NCBI RefSeq assembly: GCF_037042905.1
Contig: NC_087245.1
Location: 25,732,001-25,796,000 of the forward strand
Direction: 5' to 3'
DNA length: 64,000 nucleotides
DNA from: Lytechinus pictus
Lineage: Eukaryota
The position numbers and the translations under genes are program-made. The notes under the pieces were generated by a model. It worked only from the letters and a program-made list of their open reading frames with translations, searched no databases and was not told the origin of the DNA. This document shows, piece after piece, positions 53,641 through 64,000 of this stretch; position 1 is the stretch's first letter; every line of letters begins with the position of its first letter.

Positions 53641-55114
53641 CTGAATCAGTCGACCAAATTGCTATTGGTGAAATATATACGGGGAAATGTGATAGGACGG
53701 ATCAGTCAACTTTTATTCTTCATACGACTTCGAGTTTCGCGTTTTCTTGATACTCAGATTTCTTCAGATCTTAAATGGACAAATATTACCAAGGTAAAAT
53801 ATCGATTGGAAAATACATGGGCAGTACATTATTATGAGTTGGAAGTTGTGTTAACAGCTCACTTCTGTCGTTTGGACATATTTCTGCCACTGGTACTCTG
53901 GTATAACACTTTTTACAGAAAGTTTATGGGTGAATGCTAATTGAAAAAGGATCACTGCATTTGATTTCGCCGACTTTTCACCGAGTGGAGACAATCATTC
54001 AAGTACTTATTTATATAATCTTTTGTTCAGATTTTGAACTAAGAATTCTCTTGCACACTGGATGAAAGTTTTAACGGTAAGATCCTAATCCCTCTTATTC
54101 TTTCTACTTTTATATACTGACCTGACTATTCAGTGTAAATATCTTTGATATAAAAAAAGGAATTTCTCCAATACGTATATTCGGGAAAATTGTAAAGTCA
54201 CACATGAATTGCAATCTTGCTTTTCTTTATGTATTGTACTATTGTTTTCTTCCTTTCACCCTTCGAGAAAAACTTTTAAAACTGATAGTCATTGAACACA
54301 ATACTCCCTTATATCATTCTCTTTGCCAAAGTTCCAGGTACTTTGCTTAAGTAATTGTCATTTGTTTCATCAATTTCAAAAGTAGAATCCAATTTAGAAC
54401 ACCTTGCTATTTTTTCTCCCCAAATTTCGATTTTTATCTTGCTATTGTCATTATGGGGATACACTCTGCTCGGGGGCTTCCGTTGTTACACACTAGATCA
54501 GCCTTAAGGTAGCACACTTTAAGACTTGTAACTTAAGGATGATAGATCTATTTCTGAGGCACTTACCCGAAGGTATATGCAGTGAGTTGAAGGTATCCAA
54601 TTTGATGTGCTGATAACATTATAAGCATGAACATAGCAGAACAATATCGCAGTGATGGACCAAAAAATCTTCAAACATACATTATATCCTGTGAATAAAG
54701 TTTCGATTTGGAAAGATCTACATTTTTGGTTTTCTTTTCATCTTTTTCCTCTTGTTGTTTGGGGTTACAGAGTCGTTTTTGACAAATGCCTTGCTCATGG
54801 ATATAAGTGCCTTTGTCAGTGTTTTAACTTTGGACCATCGTGTACATAATCAAAGCTTCAAACTAAATATCATCTGCTTTAATTAAAACCATGGACAATC
54901 ATATTATTAATTTCTTTGAAATTATGAAATTATATTACAATAATAATGTCATTTCATCAACTGGTGACGTATGAAGCCAACTTTTCATTCCATCATTATA
55001 ATTAAGATTTTATCACCGCTTTCTGTTCAAAACAATTAACGTTTATTGTTCAGATATCGTTGTAATAAATTTAGTTCCCCAGTAATCAATTTTCAGTGGG
55101 AAATAGCCAAAGGA

Positions 55115-57459
55115 TTATTTAAAGACTCCTGATGAATCAATATAATACTCAATATATCCAAGGGACATTCCTGGGAATAAATTTCGACACCAGGTTCTTG
55201 CAAAAGACGTGCTGTCTAATAAATCTTTGGATTTTCCAGTGAACTTGGTAAATGTTCGAGGCTGTCTTAACACTTCAATCATCGCCAAAAGTAGTCTGCA
55301 ACAAATGATATATGCTTAAGCTAGTTTTTTTACGGGACCGTACATATATCTTACACATATGGACAAAAAGGGGGAAACCGTTTAGTTACAAGAAAGACGT
55401 GTGTAATATTAAAATCATATAGACCGATATCATGTTTACCAATACTATTACTACTACTACTACTACTATTACTACTACTACTACTACCTGATATTATTAT
55501 TATTAATATTATTGTTATCATCATTATGTCTTAATGTCTTACCTTTTCCCCTTGTTTTATACTCCTCACTCCATGTAATCATGATAATACACATTAATCC
55601 CTATATCATAAGGAAATCGAACATCATAATGTATTTGGGATTATTGCTTTATTCCACCTACGGTAGAAAAGGCTGGAACAAATCTCGATATTTCATTAAT
55701 GCTGAAACATACATAATTCTTAATCCTGTAAATATCAACGTCTCTCATAGTGACATGTATTTACTCAGTCATGTGAGGCAACTTTTTTATTTTAGGGGGA
55801 AAATTGGTGAAGCTGGGTGACATTATATGACTTTAACCCCACCCATAAAAAACCGAGTCCAAGAAGTACTGTTTTTAATGTGGTTTGTGTTGAAGAGAGT
55901 ACATTTAACGTCCTTAAATCCACATTTTAAAGTAGTAATTGATTCTAGTTTATCGGACTATTTAGTTCGATAATGTCTTTTTTGGTTGTTAATATTAATC
56001 CAAATGGTATTTAATACATCTTGTTAGAAATCGTTCTTATTTTAATGAATAATTATTGAGATGAAGTTTTTACCAATTTATGATCAATACGATAAGCTGG
56101 TGTTTACTATCTAAAAAGGTGACATATATTAACATTTTATTCAATTAAGACCCTCACTGATAATGGAAGATGTAACGCGAAGACATTAACTCTAAGGTGT
56201 TAAATCCATCTCCCTGGTAATTCGCAGACAACTAAAGTGAGAAAAGACTAAGATAAATCCCACAGGACAAAGAAAAGAGAGAGAATGACTTATAGGCAGC
56301 TTGTTGTACATCGGTACATAATATAATATAGTTTGACCTTGGTTATCTTGACATGATTCTACTTCTCCCAAAGGTTGCGTAAGCCATGGCATATTAGTTT
56401 CCCTGCGGGCAGTTGCCATTATTAAGTTGAAGTGACGTACGATGGAAATCAGCAGGTCGCTAGATAAATAAGAATATTATCATACCGATTAGATTCTCAT
56501 TATGATAATATTCCGGGCATGAAACATTCGCATGGACTCGAAAATGGACAGGCATGGAGTTTTTGTAAATCATTGCAAGTATTTACTTTAAATAACAATA
56601 TTTTAATGAAAAATTGAATTAAACTATTTTCCATCTGATTTTCCAAACATTTTATTAAAGATTTTTTTTTCCCATATCAGTGAAAAAATAGCTATCAATA
56701 TTATTTTTTTTTAATATTATCAGTTATTAATTCTTTTTTTCATTATTATTATTATTATCACCATTATTATTATTATCACCATCATTATTACCATTATCAG
56801 TGTGATTATAATTATTAAGACTAATCCTGCTGCTGCTACAACTGCAAGTACTATTACTTACACTGCAACCATTTCTATATCCCCTTCTATGTTTTCTACT
56901 AACACTATTATTATCATGTTAATTATCGTTCTTATCATTATATTGATTTGCCTAGATATGTTACATCTATAATACCTACATTGTACGACATGTGTGTATA
57001 TTTCGTGGGCGTGCATAAATGTAAATACATGACTTTATCTGCAAACTCCAATTTGTTCCATAACTGTGAAGTGTTTAAACACCACAATCATAACTCTGAC
57101 CAACGGCAATGGTTTTATATTTCCAAACGAAATAAGATAATAATGATGCGACAAACAAAATACTTCATGACATTATTGAATTCGTCTTCAGCAAAGACAA
57201 AACCGCTGGTAAATCATGGAAAGCTGATTAAAAGCCAAGAATTTGGCGTCTGCAAGTTGATTGTAGTTGTCATCATCATTATGCATGGGGGATATGACCC
57301 TTTGCCACGCAGATTTTCCTTACTATTACATACCAAGAACGAAGGAGAGGGTACTCCTGACTGGAGTAGGTTCCACTCTGTGATCTGGAGAGCGTAACCA
57401 CAATTTTTCTCCATTCGACGAGAGAACCTTTCCAATAAGGACGCTAAGAAGAGCTCAGT
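55115..57459 (-). pseudogene. Five-exon Mab-21/OAS-like NTase pseudogene segment, copy 12
   Basis: GT-AG exons 57459-57334, 57249-57164, 56459-56338, 56231-56158 and 55295-55115; phases join except for a +1 at the exon 3 end; in-frame TGA at 57214-57216; FTSGFVFAEDEF..LISIVRHFN and LLLAMIEVLR..F..DLL. Confidence 0.65.
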
Positions 57460-58084
57460 CTTTAAAAAAAATGTTTGGAGTAGTCAAGGGACATACATTT
57501 TCCTGCATTGTGCAACAAGCATTACAATTGCATTTCAACAAAATTACTAGCGTATGGAAAATGACAAATGGAAAGGAATGGTATAAATGAATTAATTATT
57601 CGTATGGTAATGGACGACCTTGATTGAAATGCGTAGTGAATATGGAGCTGTTGGGGGAACAAATGACGAGTCACCAGACGATTCCGAAATATTCATTTTT
57701 AAACATGCAAGGATTTCCACAAAAATGGCCAATGGATAACATACTCCACAAGAAAATTAATTTTCCATGGTCTTGAACGTGGCTCTTACAGCATTCTGCA
57801 ATGGGTTTACTGATTTTTCTCATCGGAATCCCCAGTACATAATTCCAATTAATTGCAAGGAAGTACCGGTATTATTTTTATCATCTTCTCTCTTATCAAA
57901 TGGACCAAGACGTAAATAAAAAGTTTAGGGTACGGCAGATGACGAATCTCATTTCTGAACACTATGAAATTCGGAAAACATTTTTTTTAATCAAAATGAT
58001 TCATTATGACGTAATGAAGTATTTTTATTACCGAGTATTCTCACGTCGCAACGTGTTATAAGACTATTGACAAGCGCAAATTTA

Positions 58085-58420
58085 AAATACGCCCAATATT
58101 CAAATAAAATCTTCGTCTAGAAAGTTACCTCATCAATATGAATAAAAGAATCACTTTTTGTAGATTCCGTTGTGGTAATTATCGGCTTTCTAATGTCTCA
58201 TGAAGATATGAAAACCGTCAAAGAAACATGAGGCTTTGTACATTATGCAACCTTCAAACAATTGATGATGAATTCCACTATCTATTCATTTGTCCTTCTT
58301 TTGCTAAAGATTCACCTTAAAAATATTACACTGAAAGACCGAATACACTAAAAATGAATTGGTTGTTTAACCGTGAAAAATTTTCAAGAAAATTATGCTT
58401 CGTTTCTTAATAAATCTCGA
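58085..58420 (+). mobile_element. LINE ORF2 C-terminal fragment (RTEX-like CCHC region)
   Basis: LESYL..RITFCRFRCGNYRL ... RLCTLCNLQTIDDEFHYLFICPSF. Confidence 0.8.
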
Positions 58421-59400
58421 AATTCAATATTTTGAGCTATTGATTAGTGGTACAACAGCCATGCAATGATATGCTGATGCCATTACCTGCCTTCTGTTAG
58501 ACATAATATTTACATGCTAATTATAATTTTAAAAGCTGGGTTTTTTTTTTGCTTCGGGGCATTAATCCATTATTTCAACTGTAGGCCTAATTTTCAAACT
58601 TTTTAAACTTTGTTACGCTCGAAATATAGTATTTTTAACTTCTTAATTGTGGTACAATAGCCAACGATATGATGATGCCGTTACTTGCATTTTTTCTCTT
58701 TCTTTAATCATATGTAAATTTTGATTACATTTTTAAAGCTTCTGGGTATACTATTTCAACCGTAATTATCAAATTATTTTAATGCTATTTTTCTAACATT
58801 TATAAAATGTACTCTAAATGATTTGTAAATTACATGATGAAATACTATTGATGATTTTGTACATCTGTATGATTGTTTTCTCTATGGGTGACATAGGAAT
58901 AAATGTCATTGTCATTGCGTTGAGGACGATTCACCTTATAATGGCTTGCATCTCTATAATCTCCCTAGTCATGCTTTTAATGACAAACTGATCCATGTAA
59001 TAATTATATTTATGAGAACGCCATTTCTTTCACAGTAATGTAGGAATCAGCAAGGATTAACTTAGGCATATATCCTATCTTGTTGCATTATATCAAACTC
59101 ATACTTTTTGAAAGAAATATATAAATAAAACAAATGGCTTTCACTGCAAATTCATGAATGCTTTTTAGGGGAATTATATTGAAATATATTTTAACCTACT
59201 TGCAATTTTGAATGTTGATGATATTATTCTACTTGCTGAAAGTGCGGATTTACCATAGAATAGTTTCAATCGTCTTTCTCCATAATGACAAATGTGGCAT
59301 CCATATGAACACACTCGGGAAGGGGTTTGTTATTTTTCTGTTGAAAAAAAAACCCCATACATCTTTTTATTTACTACTTTCAGAATGAGTTATTGACTTA

Positions 59401-59618
59401 GGGGGTGTTGCAAGAAAATATTTGCTATCAATTGCAAATATTCTGTTGCAATTTTACAACTGATAGATCAACGTAAGTTATAGCAAATCAGATTAAACTA
59501 CTTGTTTCAAGGAGCAGATTAACAATTAATCACTAATTTGCAATTAACTGCAAGACATTTGAGTGATTAAGGGACCAAAAATAGACTTGCAATTGATCGC
59601 AAGTTTCTTGCAACACCC
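59401..59618. mobile_element. MITE
   Basis: GGGTGTTGCAAGAAA / TTTCTTGCAACACCC. Confidence 0.8.
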
Positions 59619-60419
59619 TATTAGTGTGTCGATTATATTTATCCAAGATCAACTTTCACTGTGCGCCTCACACACACACAAAAAAAGAAACATGCCGTTA
59701 GAGTAAGTATCTCAACAATTAGATATGGTTCGATCATAACATTTAATATTTATCGTAATAATGGAATCCCTTCCTTGATTCGAGACAAAAATGATCACAG
59801 AATCGTTCACAAATTATAGAGTAAAAACAATAAAGTCTTAGGCCTTTCACGACCGATTTGTGGAGAAACTCACACGTGAATCAGCACCCTATAGAACTAG
59901 TAAAAAGAAACTTAACAAAGAACACAAGACAATGCTCTTGCGCAAGGTCGTTGCACCCTGAACAGATCTTGACCATTTTTTCTGCGCAAACTTGATTTTG
60001 ACTTTACATTTTCATCTATGCATAAACTTTTTTATCATCATTATTTTGTATCAAATCAATGTTAATGAAATATCATAAACCGTTTGGGTGTGTTAAATAA
60101 GTAACTGTAAATCCCGGTTTACTTTTTTGTGGGAAGCACTGTATAACATGTTCAAGGCACGCCACAACGGCGAAAGTAGTCCATTTAAGCCCCTATTTTC
60201 ATATTTTGAAAATTATTTCATTCACCTTTATTCAAGAAAGGCCTTACACCTTTCCGAGAGAGAAAACAAACTAGATAATTCTAAATATAAGATGCACTAG
60301 ACATATAATAATGAGGGATTCGGTCCTATCTTGATATTAGGGGGGGGGCGCTCTGTACAACGGAATACAGAAATCATCTAGAGTACTAGTGTCATTCGTG
60401 TTAATGTAAAAGTGTGAAA

Positions 60420-61680
60420 AGAATTGTAGGTCAATGAATTGGTGTAGTTCGATAAAATGGTACGAAATCGGATGTTCTTCATGGACAATAGACTATTTTG
60501 GTGTCGCTTAATTGAATTGGATTTGCACGTACATTCATGAACATGATATGGGTGGGACTACAATGCCCTACGGAATGATGCGTTTCGTTGATGGTTGAGC
60601 GATTAAGGAACATCCTATTTCAATATGACTTATGAGGTACGTGGTGGGAAGGCGCTGGAGACCGGAGCGAAATTGGTTGAGATTAACTAGAGTGGGACAA
60701 ATTGCAATGTGCTTATTAGGCAGTGAAAAACCCCCGGGTGAAATAATCGTGTTGATAGGACACCAGCCAGCATGAGTAATACGCATCCGATTTTTGCTCT
60801 TCGCATTTTTCTTCGTAGGATAAGTGTAGTTATGAAAAGCATAATCAAACAACTGATGATAAATGCCAAAATATATAAACATATATGTTTAAGACAAAAG
60901 GTCGCAAGGTATGGGAATTAAATAACGTTTACCAATGCCTATTCTCTCCACCTCCCCCCCCCCCCCCCCCCCCCGCCCACGCTCCCTTACTTTCCTTTCC
61001 TTTTCGTCAATATTGTCATTGCATTTAACTGTAATATCTTAATCACAAAGACTGGTTTCGTTGGTATGAAACAAAATTAAATGCAGATCTAATACGATAA
61101 GCACATAATGCTATATTAAAAAAATAATATTAATGAGATTGTCGGTTTGTAATCATTTTGCTAAGTACAATGCAAATGCACATTATCTACATAATCCTCA
61201 TGTAGAATTCAAAGATCCGAATAAGTGTTGTAGATTAATTAAAAAAAAATCGAACCACAACTCAGATTAAAGTTGATACAGTCATTTGATGACTTATCCT
61301 TAATATCAAGTGTTAATCTTAGGTGTACAATGATAAAACATTTATTTTGGCATTATCAACAATTGGTAAATACTTAGCTGTTAAATCGGAATCTCAATTG
61401 TTTTTATCCCCACCAGTTAAAAAATAAAGATGACCTTGTGTAATATAAATTACTTTTGAAACAAGCATGTTGCGTAACCTGAAGATAAACTTCAAGAAAC
61501 CCCACCCTTGAGAGGTTGGCCACGAGCTTAGTCAACACCTACATCTGATTCAAGGATAAAAATCATATGGATTCTTATTACCTTACAGATACCATATGAA
61601 TGCTAAAGAGCTAGATTTCAATGTCAGATTGCATCACCATAGTGCGTCAAAAAACGCGATAGCATTACCATTCTGAACAT
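60420..61680 (-). pseudogene. Decayed Mab-21/cGLR-like gene, copy 13
   Basis: MLSRFLTHYGD (~61633-61668); exon VLTKLVANLSRVGFLEVYL (~61454-61538); RLPTTYLISHIEIGCSLIAQP (ORF 60568-60882, cf. WP...I..I...GCHLVPK); HPISYHF (~60455-60476). Confidence 0.5.
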
Positions 61681-62880
61681 CAATGGAAGAGACAAAAGTT
61701 GGCGAAACATTAATAATACAAATCAGTCACAGCACAATCGCTTAAACTACTAGCTGTACGCAGCCAAACCGACCTTACTGAGAAAAAAATATAGACCCTT
61801 CTTTCCCTTTCGACAAGTTCCCATTCAAAACTACATCGGAATGATTAGTTTCACTCACTCTTCCGTACCTTATGAATGTTAGTTCAAATGACTGTATATT
61901 TTTAATACAGTTGATTTTGTTTTTCCTTTGTCCGTGGCTTCGGTCCTTTGATGGGAATAGTAATGATTAAAAACACTATCATGATTACGAATCATCAGAT
62001 TTCTACAGAGAAGCATCAGTCTAGGATGAATTTGGGTTATCAAGGTTGGTACGTAATTGTAAAATCGATTGCAACTGTCAACCTGAATTACTGCTATGTT
62101 TACACCGTGTTTTCGTCTTTTATGCTTCCTACAGTGTGCAAAAGAATAATTAAATTTAGAAAGTTATCAATTAATCGATGAGGACATCAAATATCGATAT
62201 TCAAATAGAACAGGATGTATCTTCTTCCCTGCGTGTTTGATCAAGATCAATATATACTCTGCTTATTAGATTACTCTCACGGCCGAAATGTAAAATCTAA
62301 TTATTGCTCATTACGTCCAATGTTAATCATCTTATGTTACGATTACAGAGATAAGTGAGTGACCCAATTAGGTCTTTGGTCTGTGGCGCGCAAGCATCAT
62401 ATAAATATATATTATAAATATACAAATATATATATATCAGGTTCAAGACAAATAACATGTTCGATCGAACGCCCTTTTTCTCTTTGTAAATCACTTGCCT
62501 TTCAATATTTTCACATCCATTTAAATATAAATATATGTACATGTATATCATATCCGACAGATCAATATAAACAACACAACATAACATATTGATAAACAGT
62601 AAATATATACCAACTGCTTTACGTTTCTAAATGTTATTATTGAAAGTATTTGAAAAAAAAGGGTTTGAAGAATAAAGGACATATATATTATTCCAAAGAT
62701 TTAGCACATTATGAAATGAATACATAATAACATATAAATAAAACATAACACTATACCATGGCTCAAATACCATAGTAATACCAACAACATCTATAATAAT
62801 TATACTAATAACTGTTATTTACCCAAGGTAGCCACTTAATCTATTTGCTGATTTTTAAACGGTCCCTGTATAACATAATA

Positions 62881-64000
62881 CACTACTCAAAAAAAGTTAA
62901 GGACCACTTTTTAAAACGTACATAAAGATTTTATACAAGGTGTTTTATTTCTGGAAATACCTCAGTACAACTGTCCTAAATGTCCTTAAACACGCTGTAA
63001 TCAATTTCACGCATGGGTGGTTTCAGTTGTTGCACAATGTCTCTCGCATCACTGCACATCCTGAAAAGTGGGCCCCGAGGGGTATCAGCTACCGACATGA
63101 AGTGGTAAAAACGAATATCTGAGTGTCTTTCAGGCAGTTCAGTAACGAGTGTGACCACCTCCTGCAGCAATAACGGCTTCACAGCGCTGTCTCATGGAGC
63201 TGATGAGGCGATTGATGTCTCTGACGTCCAGTGCATCCCATGCAGCCTCCAGAGCCACACCCAGCTGCTGCAGTCCAAGTGGATGGGCTTCGAGCTGCTC
63301 GAGACTCCTCCCCATCATGTCCCAGACGTGCTCTATCGGGTTTAAGTCCGGGGACCTCGCTGGCCACTCCATACGCTCAATCCCCTGGCCCTCAAGGAAC
63401 TCGGTCACCACCCTAGCTCGGTGGGCACGGGCATTGTCATCCATGAAAATGATGTTTTGTCCCACATTTTCTGCAAATGGCACCACTATAGGTTCAAGGA
63501 CCTCATCCCTGTACCTCACCCCTGTCATTGCTCCCCCTGGGACCACGTAGAGACGAGTACGGTTGGCGTAGGTGATGCCTCCCCACACCATGACGCTGCC
63601 TCCCCCATAACGGTCATGTTCTGCAATACAGGGGTCTGCAAATCTCTCTCCTGGTCGCCTCCAGACTCTCGAACGTCCATCATTGTGGTCAAGGGAAAAT
63701 CTGCTCTCATCTGTGAACAGAACTCTACGCCATTGCTGTCTGGTCCATCTGACATGCTCCCGGGCCCAGTTGAGACGAATTCTTCTGTGAGCAGGGGTGA
63801 GTGGGACACACTGAGCTGGCCGTCTGGCATGCATATTGGCTCTGTGAAGTCGGTTACGGATTGTTTGAGTGGAAACAATCACGCCAGTTGCTGCAGCGAA
63901 GTCATCGTTGAGGTGGCGTGCACTGTGAAAGCGGTTGCGGAGGCTGAGATTCGTCAAGTAGCGATCATCTCTAGGGGTTGTCGAAACTGGTCGGCCACTG
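62881..64000 (-). mobile_element. Tc1 transposon, 3' part (truncated by the window)
   Basis: TA|CACTACTCAAAAAAAGTTAAGG TIR ~260 bp after the transposase stop. Confidence 0.9.
63139..64000 (-). CDS. Tc1-family DD34E transposase (5'-truncated by the window)
   Basis: Open to the window edge: SGRP..., VLFTDESRF, VMVWGGI, FMDDNARAH, WPARSPDLNPIEHVW; 34 residues between the second D and E. Confidence 0.97.
   Translation of the reverse strand, partial: SGRPVSTTPRDDRYLTNLSLRNRFHSARHLNDDFAAATGVIVSTQTIRNRLHRANMHARRPAQCVPLTPAHRRIRLNWAREHVRWTRQQWRRVLFTDESRFSLDHNDGRSRVWRRPGERFADPCIAEHDRYGGGSVMVWGGITYANRTRLYVVPGGAMTGVRYRDEVLEPIVVPFAENVGQNIIFMDDNARAHRARVVTEFLEGQGIERMEWPARSPDLNPIEHVWDMMGRSLEQLEAHPLGLQQLGVALEAAWDALDVRDINRLISSMRQRCEAVIAAGGGHTRY

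Noticed and set aside
53428..54076. Plus-strand micro-exon-like segments (CAG|...|GTAAG at 53428-53501, 53758-53793 and ~54031-54076)
   Set aside because: No consistent frame or recognisable product; they overlap the better-supported minus-strand pseudogene; an antisense lncRNA cannot be excluded without RNA data
33480..57459. Idea that the UCA tRNA-like gene suppresses in-frame UGA codons in the cGLR-like copies, or that they are selenoproteins
   Set aside because: The copies also carry TAA/TAG stops and frameshifts; several TGAs sit at expected Trp positions (TGG>TGA decay); no SECIS was recognised; the tRNA-like gene lacks U33

Overview
AT-rich eukaryotic DNA with no prokaryotic features; the repeat families suggest a marine invertebrate, possibly an echinoid (inference). 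The only uninterrupted recognisable ORF is a Tc1 DD34E transposase cut by the right edge. There is one canonical tRNA-Leu(UAG). Three things stand out. (1) Almost all non-repeat DNA appears to be a minus-strand tandem array of about 12-13 decayed Mab-21/cGAS-like (cGLR) nucleotidyltransferase genes at roughly 4-5 kb spacing. I recognised these by eye from ordered motif remnants; every copy read has stops or frameshifts, and an HMM search is needed to confirm. (2) A 1.25 kb near-perfect palindrome inserted in (TA)n is built from 405-bp units and carries four identical 72-nt tRNA-like genes with a UCA (UGA-reading) anticodon and a Pol III terminator. (3) A Transib-type non-autonomous element has CACAGTG termini and 12/23-RSS-like nonamer spacing, nested in a Helentron-associated element. 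The rest is MITEs (often nested), LINE/SINE fragments and microsatellites. All protein homology calls rest on reference motifs recalled from memory, not on database searches.
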